DNA of 53,947 nt from an uncultured bacterium (GCA_905215595.1 CAJMQZ010000001.1:1-53947), one strand, 5' to 3'. Shown: positions 9,015-18,898, numbered from the stretch's first letter. Numbers and translations are program-made. The notes: generated by a model not told the origin, from the letters alone.

Positions 9015-9428
9015 AAACACCTGCTGCACCTGCTATTACCATGACGCTAAAAGCTGGTTCTGCTATAACGGCCTGTCACCGAAAGGAACGGAGAACACGG
9101 ACCCGGAGGACACCTGCGAGTTTTACGAAAAAAGAAGCGAGTGCGAAAGTTAACAGCCTGAAAATAGCAAGCCCGTCGTAAAATTGCCGCCCTGACGAGG
9201 CGGCAGGGGGCTTGTATGTGTAACTTAATCTAGCGACCACGGAAGAACACGCCGGGGAAAGCGGGGGTCAAGGGGGAGAAAACGAGGGCGGGTCTGTATG
9301 GCTTGACGGAATGGGAAACTTAGAAAGACCTGCCCGGCGTTGTGTCCCCCTTGTCCTGCGAAGCCGTGTGTGTTTGGTCCACAGAAAAGAAAATCCCAGT
9401 AGAACCTTGCGGAAGGAGGAAGTGAACG

Positions 9429-10256
9429 GTGCGGGCATGGTACATTCGGGAGCAGAGACACATTCTTGGAACGTCCGATTATGCAGAAGTGGATCTCTTT
9501 GAAACAACGGACAAAGAGCATACAGCATCCGCTCGCCGCAAAAGAGAGCTGGCAACCTCCATTGCGCAGCAGAAGTATAACGACATGATAGCAAGGCGGT
9601 ATTTCTGCCAGCTGGCCTATACGAATTTCGGGGAAAGCGACTGGGCAGTCACGTTTACATACGACCACGACCACCAGCCAGCACCCGGAGATTTTAACCA
9701 AGTAGACCGGGACTGGACGAATTTTACCCGCCGCTTGAAGCGCTTCTGCAAAAAGATGGGTCGAGAAGCATCCAAGTGGATGCAGGTTGCAGAGTACAGC
9801 GTGATGGACGAGGACGGGAAAGTTACCGGCAGACACCACCATCATGCGATCCTGCAAGGCAATCTGACATGGCAGGAGATCAAGGACTTGTGGCGGGACA
9901 GCACCGGGCGGCCGATGGGGCTTGTGAAAGTTGAACCTATCGACCTGACCTGTTCCAGCTTTGAACGCCTGACAACCTACATGACGAAAGCCCGCGCCCG
10001 TATCCGGCGCTGGCGACAGAGCCAAGGGCTGCAAAAGCCGAAAACCCCGCGTCCGAACGACACCAGATGGAGCCGCAAGCGCTTTGACGAAGCGTTTGCT
10101 TTGCCGGATGATCGTGAATACTGGGAGAAAAAATACCCCGGTTATACCCTGCGTGAGTGTGAGCAGCATATCACCGGCAATAACACCAAGCACCTGATCG
10201 TGAAACTGAAAAAGAAGCCGGACACCCGGCGGAAGAACAGGAGGAACCAGCCATGA
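9429..10256 (+). CDS. HUH-endonuclease rolling-circle-type replication initiator
   Basis: Motif 1 VTFTY, motif 2 HHHHAIL, motif 3 YMTK in canonical order; strong RBS with GTG start. Confidence 0.7.
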   Translation: MRAWYIREQRHILGTSDYAEVDLFETTDKEHTASARRKRELATSIAQQKYNDMIARRYFCQLAYTNFGESDWAVTFTYDHDHQPAPGDFNQVDRDWTNFTRRLKRFCKKMGREASKWMQVAEYSVMDEDGKVTGRHHHHAILQGNLTWQEIKDLWRDSTGRPMGLVKVEPIDLTCSSFERLTTYMTKARARIRRWRQSQGLQKPKTPRPNDTRWSRKRFDEAFALPDDREYWEKKYPGYTLRECEQHITGNNTKHLIVKLKKKPDTRRKNRRNQP

Positions 10257-10837
10257 GCGCCAGACTGGAACTGGACGATCTGCCGCCGCGCTACCGTGCG
10301 CAGGCGGAGGCTCAAATAGCAGCCAGACAACGGGGAAAGTGTACCCATACGCAGCCAATGGCGGAGGCCGCAAGCGCTGCTGGGCGGTTGAACAAAACTT
10401 TTGATTCCTACGGAGAGTATGTGTATTACATCGGCACGATCTTGCCCGGCATTCAGTCCGGCAAGATCGTGTCAGCAGAACCGCACCCGAAGTGGACGCT
10501 GCTGCAAGAGGAAGAATACTGTGCAGTGAAACTCCCGGCGGCGCATTACACGGCAGACTATAAGCTCACCTATGCAGACGGACGGGTGGATGTGGTCGAG
10601 ATCAAGTCGAAGTTTACCCGGAAAGCACAGCGGGATTATATCTATCGCCGTAGGCTTTTTATCGACCTCATAGCCAAACCGCAAGGATGGGGATTTGTTG
10701 AAATCATTACACCGGACACGAAAGCAGAAACGAAAGAGTGGAAGCGCCTGGCTGAACAGGCGGGAAAGGAACAATTATGGGCAAAAGCAGAGCAAGGCTG
10801 CCGGCATTTTACCGGCAGAGCATCCAGAACGCGGTGA
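10253..10837 (+). CDS. PD-(D/E)XK endonuclease/resolvase (DUF1064-like)
   Basis: FDS..E, YTADY and VVEIKS motifs. Confidence 0.65.
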   Translation: MSARLELDDLPPRYRAQAEAQIAARQRGKCTHTQPMAEAASAAGRLNKTFDSYGEYVYYIGTILPGIQSGKIVSAEPHPKWTLLQEEEYCAVKLPAAHYTADYKLTYADGRVDVVEIKSKFTRKAQRDYIYRRRLFIDLIAKPQGWGFVEIITPDTKAETKEWKRLAEQAGKEQLWAKAEQGCRHFTGRASRTR

Positions 10838-11418
10838 ACCAGCAGATCAACATCAGCAAGTCGAAGCACCGCACCATGCTGAACCGTGAAGCAATCGGGC
10901 AGGTCGTTTCGTACTGCGCTGTTGCTGCGGCGCATGATCTCTGGGACTGGGGCGAGAAAGAATCTACGCTTCTGACCCTGAAAATGAACAATGCTGCATC
11001 CCGGTACATTCTGGATCATGACAAGTATGGTGCACCGGAAGCAAAAAAGCGACTGGAAGCGCGCACTGCCCACCTGATGCCGGAAGAATTTTGGCTTCCG
11101 GTGGGTGGTCTGGTAGGCTCTGAAAAAAAGCTGCGTGTTCTGGCTGAACGCCGGGACGCTGCAAAGATGATCGTTCGTTTCTTTGTGGAATCGCTGGAAG
11201 AAATGGAGTACACCCCTGAACAGATCGAGGTCGTGAAGGAAGAAATCAAGAAAAATTACCAGCAGTTCCTCGACTGGGTGGACGATGGCGGAGAAGAAGT
11301 TGCCTATGATCGTCTGCGCCGGGTCATTGAGGACATTTACGGCGTGGGTGCCATGGTGGAGCGCGTCAAGGGTGAAGAACCCGTTTTCGGAGAACCCCTT
11401 TTCAAGAAAGATTTTTGA
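10777..11418 (+). CDS. Hypothetical phage protein
   Basis: 213-aa ORF with RBS. Confidence 0.65.
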   Translation: MGKSRARLPAFYRQSIQNAVNQQINISKSKHRTMLNREAIGQVVSYCAVAAAHDLWDWGEKESTLLTLKMNNAASRYILDHDKYGAPEAKKRLEARTAHLMPEEFWLPVGGLVGSEKKLRVLAERRDAAKMIVRFFVESLEEMEYTPEQIEVVKEEIKKNYQQFLDWVDDGGEEVAYDRLRRVIEDIYGVGAMVERVKGEEPVFGEPLFKKDF

Positions 11419-11438
11419 TTTTTTGGGAGGACTGAGCA

Positions 11439-11966
11439 GTGAAAGTACACGAGGCGGAGGCAATCTTGAAATATTATGCGGACATCCCGCAGCGGATAGA
11501 GATCATCCGCCGTCAGTGTACCGCGCTGAGCGACGAAGTGGACCCTATGCGGGGAATGGGCACCGATGGAATGCCCCGTGGTGGAACGCCTGGGGACAGC
11601 ACGGCGGCGATGGCCTGCCGGATGGATGAACTGGGCATTGGAGACCAACTGCGTCAGCTGGAACGGCAGCGGGCTGTGTTGCTGGAAGATCAGAACATTA
11701 TCCGAGGACAAATGAACCGGATGGACAGTGGCCACAATCTGATTTTAACGGAGTTCTACATCAACCACAAAAAATGGCACGAAGTACAGCAGAAAGTTCC
11801 ATACAGTGTGCAGCACTTGAAGTACCTGCGAAACGTCGCTCTTGCACAGCTGGGAAGGAACCTGGAACGACTCCCGGAGTGCGCCGCTTTATTATCGCGT
11901 GCGTTAAACACGCGCGAGGAACAGCGCCGAGCGGATGCCTGGGCGGAGGGTGACATTCTCTTATAG
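11439..11966 (+). CDS. ArpU/RinA-like late transcriptional activator
   Basis: Coiled coil then IL...YI..KKW..V....YS HTH, at end of early operon. Confidence 0.6.
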   Translation: MKVHEAEAILKYYADIPQRIEIIRRQCTALSDEVDPMRGMGTDGMPRGGTPGDSTAAMACRMDELGIGDQLRQLERQRAVLLEDQNIIRGQMNRMDSGHNLILTEFYINHKKWHEVQQKVPYSVQHLKYLRNVALAQLGRNLERLPECAALLSRALNTREEQRRADAWAEGDILL

Positions 11967-12127
11967 GCAAGGCTGCCTGCGGAACTTCATGTGCAGGCGC
12001 TTCCGCAAAATCGTGTCCGATGGTCGTAGAAAAACAAACACGACTACCCCAAAAATCTGAAAACAGGCATAGAAATAACCCGGTGGGCAGTTGGCCTACC
12101 GGGTTTCGTGCAAAGGAGGACAAAGTT

Positions 12128-12451
12128 ATGGGAAAGAAGCATAAAAACAAGGTTCGGGTGCTGCCCGGAAGGATGTATAGGCTGGTGCGGAGTGACAAGA
12201 GCGTATACTGCGACGCAGAGAACGCGCTCAGAACCTGCTTTATCGAAGAAACCAAAGAGCGGCGGACCGCACGGGAAGAGGGCGAACTGTGCCGGTTCGT
12301 GAGGATGGCACCGGATGGTGGCGTTGAACTGATTTCAAACGCAGGAAACGTAGTCCGTTTCAAAAACGCAGAAGATCTTACGAAAACGCTGCGTTTCGCA
12401 AAAGATGTGCTGAGGATTACGGAGGTCTTGAAAAATGGGAATCAAAATTGA
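12128..12451 (+). CDS. Hypothetical protein
   Basis: AAGGAGG RBS before ATG 12128. Confidence 0.55.
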   Translation: MGKKHKNKVRVLPGRMYRLVRSDKSVYCDAENALRTCFIEETKERRTAREEGELCRFVRMAPDGGVELISNAGNVVRFKNAEDLTKTLRFAKDVLRITEVLKNGNQN

Positions 12452-12671
12452 ATTGAAAAAACGCATCGAGAAAACCATCAAAGAAAGAGCAGCCAGGAAA
12501 TTGAGCAAAGAGGAACGCCGAAAATGGGATTCCTGCCCGGTAGTTCTGAAAGACGAAAACGGGAACGTGTCTATGTTTGCACTGGGGTCGGATGTTATTC
12601 GATTCAAGAACAAAGAAATGGCAGAAGCGACAATGGACGCTGTTATGCGGTCATTCGATGAAACGGAATGA
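12435..12671 (+). CDS. Hypothetical protein; C-terminus resembles that of the preceding gene
   Basis: GNVSM...DVIRFKN vs GGVEL...NVVRFKN. Confidence 0.55.
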   Translation: MGIKIELKKRIEKTIKERAARKLSKEERRKWDSCPVVLKDENGNVSMFALGSDVIRFKNKEMAEATMDAVMRSFDETE

Positions 12672-12884
12672 TGGAATCTCGATGGTTTCATTCATACGTT
12701 TCGGAAATCGTCCACGGTGATTCTTTCGCAAATGCTGCTGCACGATGTAGCCAAGTGATTCCATAGACAATTTTTCCGAGGATATAACACGAAGCGCGGA
12801 ATCTTTGCTGGCTTGAACAGTATATTCAATTTTACCTCCAGCAAGATTTTTGGTACTTATTCTAACCTGCTGTCTGTTCTGCAT
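12651..12884 (-). CDS. Hypothetical protein
   Basis: GAAAGGA RBS. Confidence 0.5.
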   Translation of the reverse strand: MQNRQQVRISTKNLAGGKIEYTVQASKDSALRVISSEKLSMESLGYIVQQHLRKNHRGRFPKRMNETIEIPSFRFIE

Positions 12885-12906
12885 ACAAAGTCCTTTCAAC
12901 ACTTTA

Positions 12907-12940
12907 AGCCCGTCAGGTCATCGACCCGGCGGGCTTTTTG
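12907..12940 (+). terminator. Intrinsic terminator near the convergence of the two operons
   Basis: AAGCCCG...CGGGCTTTTT. Confidence 0.6.
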
Positions 12941-12951
12941 GATTTCGTGAT

Positions 12952-13341
12952 TTACTTTTCGTGCGGCTGCTGGTCATCCGGCGGAGCGTTGCGCTTGATG
13001 ATAATCTGCGCCTCGTTGGGATCCCGGCCTTCCTCTGCGCTTGCCTGGGCGATCTGTTCAGCCAGACCTACCGGCAGACCGTTTTCGTCCAGCGGACCGG
13101 TGTAGCCGTCGTAGTCCACGATGTTGATGCAGGGCGGTGGCGGGACGGTCTTGTAATACCTGCCGTCCTCATAGTCCTGATCCGTGACCCGGTTCCAGTA
13201 ACCAATGTCGCCGTGCTCTTCCTGGGCGGCTTCCATTGCTTCTCTGGCCTGTTCTTCCGTCAGACCATCGAACAGCAGGCGGGAGCCGTCCGCAAAAGCG
13301 GCGACCAAACGCCACGGCGCGAAAAATTCTTCGTATTCCAT
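12952..13341 (-). CDS. Acidic hypothetical protein
   Basis: GAGGT RBS; D/E-rich. Confidence 0.6.
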   Translation of the reverse strand: MEYEEFFAPWRLVAAFADGSRLLFDGLTEEQAREAMEAAQEEHGDIGYWNRVTDQDYEDGRYYKTVPPPPCINIVDYDGYTGPLDENGLPVGLAEQIAQASAEEGRDPNEAQIIIKRNAPPDDQQPHEK

Positions 13342-13527
13342 GCAAAACCTCATTTCGTGAGAGAAAATGTATCAAAAAAGCGGGTTTTCGTGATTGAATT
13401 GAACTTTTTGAAGCTGGAAAGTTGAATTTCGTGGTTAAAAAGCTGCTTTTCGTGGCTAAGACCGGATTTTTGCAGATAAATTGCAAATTTCGTGGTCAAA
13501 AAGTAAGATTTCGTGAAGTAAGATTCT

Positions 13528-14406
13528 TTACTCCGGGATGTAACCGTTCAGGCAGCGATTGAAACCGCGTTTCGTGAGGGCATCGGTAACTCTGTCCTCT
13601 GGGAAGTAGTAAGTAGAACCGTCTGCCGCAGGAACAGCCCCGGCGGGATGCTCTGCGCCGGTGTACCAGTCCGTTTCCGTGTCGTACTTGCGGTGCAAGT
13701 ACTTGTAAACGTCACGCTGGGCTTTGTCGAACACCTCCACGAAAGAGAAGGATGCACAAGGCGGCATCTCTTTTGCCAGCATGGGTGCGTTCTGCGCCAG
13801 CCATGCAGCCATTACGGTTTTGGCTGCATTTCGTTTCGGCTTGCCTTCCCGGTGCACCAGATCCAGCAGCTGCACAACAAAGGGCTTTGGCAGATCGTTC
13901 AGCACTTCTTCCAGCGGGTACGGATTTTCGTGCAGCAGGGGCGACGTGCGCAGCTCCGGCACGAGATCCAGATCGTGACAGGTTACAGGCTTCTGGCGGT
14001 CGTCGATGCGCTCACTGGTGTAATACAGCATATCTTTGATTGCGTTCTGTGCCGCGCCGGAAAGCTGCTCCACCAGAGCAACACTGTCTGCAAAGCTGAT
14101 CTGCGCCTCGTTTCGTTCGCCAGTGCTGCGGCCCGTCTTATAGGCCGCATCAATGATACCAAGCTCCATAGCCAGCCGGAAAATGTGCTTGCAGGGCTTT
14201 TTGCGCTTTACAAAATCGTTGCAGGTGCAGCTTGCAAGGCTGGTCTGGTACGGCTCTTTGCCGGATCCATAGAAAACCCCGGTTTCGTGTTCCTTGTCCA
14301 CGGAAAGCGGGCTGGTCTTGCTCTGCTGGGCGCTGGCAAGGCGCTTTTCTTCGTCAGTGTCTGCGGGATGCTCTGTCCAGGGACCGAAGGCGGGAATCAT
14401 AGTCAT
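13528..14406 (-). CDS. SWIM zinc-finger domain protein
   Basis: CTCNDF....KPCKH motif. Confidence 0.75.
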   Translation of the reverse strand: MTMIPAFGPWTEHPADTDEEKRLASAQQSKTSPLSVDKEHETGVFYGSGKEPYQTSLASCTCNDFVKRKKPCKHIFRLAMELGIIDAAYKTGRSTGERNEAQISFADSVALVEQLSGAAQNAIKDMLYYTSERIDDRQKPVTCHDLDLVPELRTSPLLHENPYPLEEVLNDLPKPFVVQLLDLVHREGKPKRNAAKTVMAAWLAQNAPMLAKEMPPCASFSFVEVFDKAQRDVYKYLHRKYDTETDWYTGAEHPAGAVPAADGSTYYFPEDRVTDALTKRGFNRCLNGYIPE

Positions 14407-14535
14407 AACGGGAAACCTCCTTTTCGTGTTTCGTTACTGTCATGATAGAGCAAAACGCAAATAAAAGCAATAAATTAGAACAAGATTTCGTGACGGGATG
14501 CAAGAATAACCCCGGCGGGCTGCCGGGGCTGGCTG

Positions 14536-14754
14536 TCAGAACGGCAGGCCGGTATAGTTGCGCATGGGAATGGCATCGGCGGCGGGAACCAGCATATTAA
14601 GCAGCTGCCGGTATAAAGCCGGGTTTGCTGCACGCTGGGCACGGAAGTCCTCTAGGAATTGCGCCTGTGCTGCCAGATCGGCCAAGTTTTCGTCATCCAC
14701 GTTGTAGCATTGGCATTGATCCGGCCCAGCGGAGTATATCCAACATCGAACCAT
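14536..14754 (-). CDS. Small hypothetical protein (72 aa)
   Basis: AAGGAGG RBS; bounded by repeat copies. Confidence 0.6.
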   Translation of the reverse strand: MVRCWIYSAGPDQCQCYNVDDENLADLAAQAQFLEDFRAQRAANPALYRQLLNMLVPAADAIPMRNYTGLPF

Positions 14755-14816
14755 GAAAACACCTCCTTTCTGTTTCGTGATGTTCCCGGCGTAAATGTCG
14801 GGAAGATGGGGCGGGG

Positions 14817-14981
14817 TTAGAGGCTGGTCTTGTGTGCGCCCTTGTCGGTGTGCTCCCAAACGTCCACGGAGTAGCCAACCTTGCGGAACTTCTCCGCGAG
14901 TTCGTGCGCTTGGTCCGGGTTGTTGCTCCATGTGGTGAGCGGGTAGCCGGACTTGTTGTAAACGATCTGATAACGTGTCAT
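14817..14981 (-). CDS. Small hypothetical protein (54 aa, MTRYQIVYNKSGYPL...), absent from ORF track
   Basis: AAGGAG RBS, ATG to TAA, bounded by repeat copies. Confidence 0.65.
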   Translation of the reverse strand: MTRYQIVYNKSGYPLTTWSNNPDQAHELAEKFRKVGYSVDVWEHTDKGAHKTSL

Positions 14982-15090
14982 GTAGAAAACTCCTTTCGTG
15001 TTTCGTGATGCGCTCCCGGCATGGTGCCGGGTGCCGGTGAGGTAGGGCCGCTTTGACCGGTGTGACCCTGCCAGGGCTTCCGGGCCTGCA

Positions 15091-15423
15091 TCAGGCGTGG
15101 ACAGTGGGCAGGGCTGCCAGATCGGTGAGGCGGGGCACGGTCAAGTGGTGACGTTCTGCCACCGGTTCCGGGCGCTGGATCTGGGCAGCGCGCTCTGCGG
15201 CGGCTTCGATGATCTCCGTCATCCGCTTTGCGGCTTCCTCCGGCGTGGTGAAGTTCTCGACTTCGCGGATGTGGGTCTTGCTGATCCGGTCGGACCAGTC
15301 GATCAGGCGGGCGGGGTCAAAGTTGACCGGCTGCACGGTGATCTTGCAGGTGGTGGGCTTGCCGTTGGTGTAGTAGTCGGCGGTGACGATGTAGGCGATC
15401 TGGGTGGTGTTCTGGTTCTTCAT
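15091..15423 (-). CDS. Hypothetical protein
   Basis: AAGGAG RBS; bounded by repeat copies. Confidence 0.65.
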   Translation of the reverse strand: MKNQNTTQIAYIVTADYYTNGKPTTCKITVQPVNFDPARLIDWSDRISKTHIREVENFTTPEEAAKRMTEIIEAAAERAAQIQRPEPVAERHHLTVPRLTDLAALPTVHA

Positions 15424-15572
15424 GGTTGTTACTCCTTTTCGTTCTGTATTTCGTGCTGATACTCCCGGCGGCCTGCCGGATGGGCTGTTACCCATGAGCG
15501 CCCGCCCCGGTCTGGGGCGGCTGGGCTTGCACCAGCGGCAGCGGGAACGCTGTCGGCCTTGCGGGTTTCGTG

Positions 15573-17198
15573 TCAGGCGTTGAGCTGTAAAAACGTGCTC
15601 TGCGTGGGGATCAGGTGCCGGGTGAGGGTGTCGGTGTAGCTGGCCTCTCCCTCGTAGCTGTCAACCACCCGGCGGTCTGCGGCGGCCATATCGTGATAGC
15701 TCTTTTTGCCGTAGGTGGGAGGCAGCCAGCCTTTACGCTGTCCGGCGTAGAGGTTGAAGGACTTCAAAACGTCCGTGTTCGTAAACTCGATGTGGCAGGT
15801 GCCTTTCTTGTAAAACGTGGCGGTGAAATAGTGCAGCTGGATCTTCTGGGTCTGGCCGCTCTTTTCGGCGGCATCCAGCACGGCGCGGAGTTCGTCCCCA
15901 TTGTAGGGCTTGCCGTTCGTGTCCAGGAAGTGCAGCACCCGCTCGATCTGGGCAACATGGCCTGTTGCATTGTACCGGGGGCAGAAACGCCCATCGTATG
16001 TATCAAAGGCGTTGCAGCGGAAAATGACCTTGCGGTTGATCTTGTACGCGGAGTTCGTGCACCAGCCGTTGTAATAATGCACGTTCTTGCTGTACTCGTC
16101 GTTATAATGCAGGTTCGTCCAGTCGTCGAACAGCTTTATAATTTCGTGGTCGATGCTGGAAAGAAGATTTCGTGAAATTTCTTCCCGGACGGTCAGAATG
16201 TTGTACGCGCTGAAGTCGTAGCCTTCAAGCTCTTTGATTCGCTTCTGGTAATCCTGCTGCATTTCGTAGGTCATCGCATCGAACAGCTGCGGCATTTCAA
16301 ACAGCTGTTTCCAGTACATCCCGCGCAGTTCCCGGATAGCGTCGTTATAAGATTTCGTGAAAGCCATCACGGGGTTTTCTTTCTTACCAGCGCCGGCGGA
16401 GGAAAACAACGACTTGATTCCGTTGTACTCTTCATAGATCCGGCGCACACCCTCTGCGGCGGCGTTGTACCGCTCAATGGCTGCCGTGATGGGGTCGGAA
16501 GATACCAGGGCGGCAAACTCCGGGTTGTCCTTCAGGCGTTCCGTGGTTTCGTGCTGGAGTTCCAGCCGGATCCGGCTCACCGGCTCCCGGTCGGGAATGT
16601 CCACCGACACAAGCGCCACCTCCACGCGGGCGGCGCGGCGGGCGTTCTTGAACGCATCCGGGATATATTTCACCGTGGCGTGCAGCTCTTCCAGCTTTGC
16701 GGCCAGCTCTTTCCGTTCGTTGGTGCAGGGGTTGCGCAGGGTTTCGGCGTTGAGCAGGCAGCGGATTTTGCCGCCGTCCTGCATGACGTCCAGCGCTTTG
16801 AGTAGGTGCGCGGCACCAGCGGAGAAAGGCGGATTCATGACGATTGCGGCGTATTTTGTGGTGGGACGGAAGGTCAGAAAGTTATCATGCACCACCCGGA
16901 AACCGTCTTTCTTCAACACGGCGCGGAAGTCACTGGAAAGCTCGATGCAGTCAAGCTCTGCGCTTCGTGCCTTTTCCTTGTCGTAGCGGTCAACCTCGCC
17001 GGTCTTATAGTCGTGGTGGACGTTGAACGCCAGAGTGTGGACCTGACGCGCAAGTGCTCCATCACCGGCGGACGGTTCAAGGATGGGTTTCGGGTAGGTG
17101 GTGAACCCGGATTTTACTTCCCGCAGGGAGAAAACCATATCAAAGGCCAGGCTGTCCGGCGTGGGGTAGAAGTCCAGGGAATCGTTTGGGGTGGTCAT
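15573..17198 (-). CDS. SAM-dependent N6-adenine methyltransferase with DUF4942-like C-terminal domain
   Basis: DFYPTP, ILEPSAGDG and MNPPF motifs; YF....YKKGT.H C-terminus. Confidence 0.8.
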   Translation of the reverse strand: MTTPNDSLDFYPTPDSLAFDMVFSLREVKSGFTTYPKPILEPSAGDGALARQVHTLAFNVHHDYKTGEVDRYDKEKARSAELDCIELSSDFRAVLKKDGFRVVHDNFLTFRPTTKYAAIVMNPPFSAGAAHLLKALDVMQDGGKIRCLLNAETLRNPCTNERKELAAKLEELHATVKYIPDAFKNARRAARVEVALVSVDIPDREPVSRIRLELQHETTERLKDNPEFAALVSSDPITAAIERYNAAAEGVRRIYEEYNGIKSLFSSAGAGKKENPVMAFTKSYNDAIRELRGMYWKQLFEMPQLFDAMTYEMQQDYQKRIKELEGYDFSAYNILTVREEISRNLLSSIDHEIIKLFDDWTNLHYNDEYSKNVHYYNGWCTNSAYKINRKVIFRCNAFDTYDGRFCPRYNATGHVAQIERVLHFLDTNGKPYNGDELRAVLDAAEKSGQTQKIQLHYFTATFYKKGTCHIEFTNTDVLKSFNLYAGQRKGWLPPTYGKKSYHDMAAADRRVVDSYEGEASYTDTLTRHLIPTQSTFLQLNA

Positions 17199-17302
17199 CG
17201 TGTAAACCTCTTTTCGTGTTTCGTGATATGCCCGGCGGAATGCTGGGCGGTGGGGCGGGGCCGCTTTATCCGGTGCGGCTCTGCCAGGGTATCCGGTGCA
17301 GG

Positions 17303-17896
17303 TCATGCAAACAGGCGGTTGCATACCTGCTGTATTTCGTCGTTCGCCTTCATCGGGGCAATGAGCACGGCCACGGCGGCGCGTTTCGGGTCTGCGGTGT
17401 CAGTTGCCAGGATGGGCGCAAGCGGGTTGCCGCTGCCGTGGTAAACAAATTCGTGATGATCCACAAAAGCGTCATACTCCGAATTTATCATGATGGGCCG
17501 GGATCCATCGCGGAACATTCGGAACGTGCCCCAGATTTTGCCCTTCATCTCGACTTCTTGCAAAAGAGAAGTGCGCTTGACCTCTTCTTTGCAGTTGCTG
17601 AACTTCTGGAACATCTGCGCGGCGGTCAGCTGGTGCGGATCGTTGACCACAAACCCGTCATCGCTGGAAACGATGGTCACACCATCGGCGGGGGCTGCCT
17701 GCATGGTCACGGGCTGGATCACTTCCGGGTAAAGGGCGGCGGGCAGCTTGAACGCTGCATAGCCGGTGAAGATGTACACGCTGCCGCTCTGGCAGGTGAT
17801 CCGCACGGCGTTGCGGTTCTTGGCCTGGCCTTTCAGATAGGCGGTGATCTTCTTCACGTTCAGGCCGGCGGGGGTGCTGCTGGATGCTCTTTTCAT
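17303..17896 (-). CDS. Hypothetical protein
   Basis: AAGGAG RBS; bounded by repeat copies. Confidence 0.7.
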   Translation of the reverse strand: MKRASSSTPAGLNVKKITAYLKGQAKNRNAVRITCQSGSVYIFTGYAAFKLPAALYPEVIQPVTMQAAPADGVTIVSSDDGFVVNDPHQLTAAQMFQKFSNCKEEVKRTSLLQEVEMKGKIWGTFRMFRDGSRPIMINSEYDAFVDHHEFVYHGSGNPLAPILATDTADPKRAAVAVLIAPMKANDEIQQVCNRLFA

Positions 17897-18022
17897 ATTG
17901 CAAAAACTCCTTTTCGTGTTTCGTTTTGTGGTGATCCTCCCGGCGGGGTGCCGGTGGGAAGTGGGGCGGGGTTGCTTTGCCCGGTGCAGCCCTGCCAAAA
18001 TATCCGGTTTCGTGGTGGTGGA

Positions 18023-18898
18023 TCATGCCAGCAGACCGGCGGCGATGCTTTCAAAGTCCAGCTGTTTCACGGGCGCTTCATCCAGCACGGCCACGGCGGC
18101 GGGGGTCTGCTTTGCGTCCTCTACGGCCTTCCGGGTCTTGCGCCAGGTGTCCAGCGCTGCGGCCTGACCCTTGCGGTCGGTTTCGGGGACAGCCAGGAAA
18201 GCGGCCTTTGCTTCCCGCTCTGCCTTGCGGAGCACATCCGGGGCGGGCTGTGCGGCCTTCTGCGGGGCACTGGGCTTTGCGGCGGGTTTCGTTGCGGCGG
18301 GCTTGCTGGCCTTCTTTGCGGGTTTCGTGGCGGGCTTTGCGGGGGCCTCTGCCTTTGCGGGGATCTCTGCCGGGGCGCTGGCGGCCTGTTCTGCGGCGGC
18401 CTTGGCGGCTTTGCGCTGGTCGGCCAACATCCGGTTGTATGCCTTGATCTCGTCCAGGCTCTTAAAGCGTCCAGCGGGGGCGGGGCGGCTTGCTTCCACC
18501 TGCCCGATATGGAACAGGTGCGCAGGGGCTTTGTAATAGTTACCGTCGGGGCGCTGGTCATTGGCGGCGGCGGTCAGTGCATCCGGCTCCATGCTGGCGC
18601 TGGTCTTGCGGGGGCGGTCGTCAAACTTCCACAACTTCGTGCAGATCGTGGCCTTCTCGCCAGCCTTGACGCTCTTCCCGTCCTTCTTCCACTCCTGGAA
18701 CGTGTGGAACAGGCCGGCAAGCAGCAGCTTTTCCAGCTCTTCGCCCTGCCGCTCTTCGGGCACGTCCTTGAAGTGGATTTCTTTGCCCTTGGCGGTGATC
18801 TGCTCCGGGGTGTAGGCCAGCGCCAGGATGGCGCGGCGCTGTTCGGGGGTGTGATACTTCGCGTTGACTTCGTTGTAAATGATCTCGTCGTTGGTCAT
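18023..18898 (-). CDS. ArdC-N-like ssDNA-binding domain protein with Ala/Lys/Pro-rich linker
   Basis: FHTFQEWKKDGKSVKAGEKA...LF..QV motif typical of ArdC/DUF1738 N-domains. Confidence 0.7.
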   Translation of the reverse strand: MTNDEIIYNEVNAKYHTPEQRRAILALAYTPEQITAKGKEIHFKDVPEERQGEELEKLLLAGLFHTFQEWKKDGKSVKAGEKATICTKLWKFDDRPRKTSASMEPDALTAAANDQRPDGNYYKAPAHLFHIGQVEASRPAPAGRFKSLDEIKAYNRMLADQRKAAKAAAEQAASAPAEIPAKAEAPAKPATKPAKKASKPAATKPAAKPSAPQKAAQPAPDVLRKAEREAKAAFLAVPETDRKGQAAALDTWRKTRKAVEDAKQTPAAVAVLDEAPVKQLDFESIAAGLLA

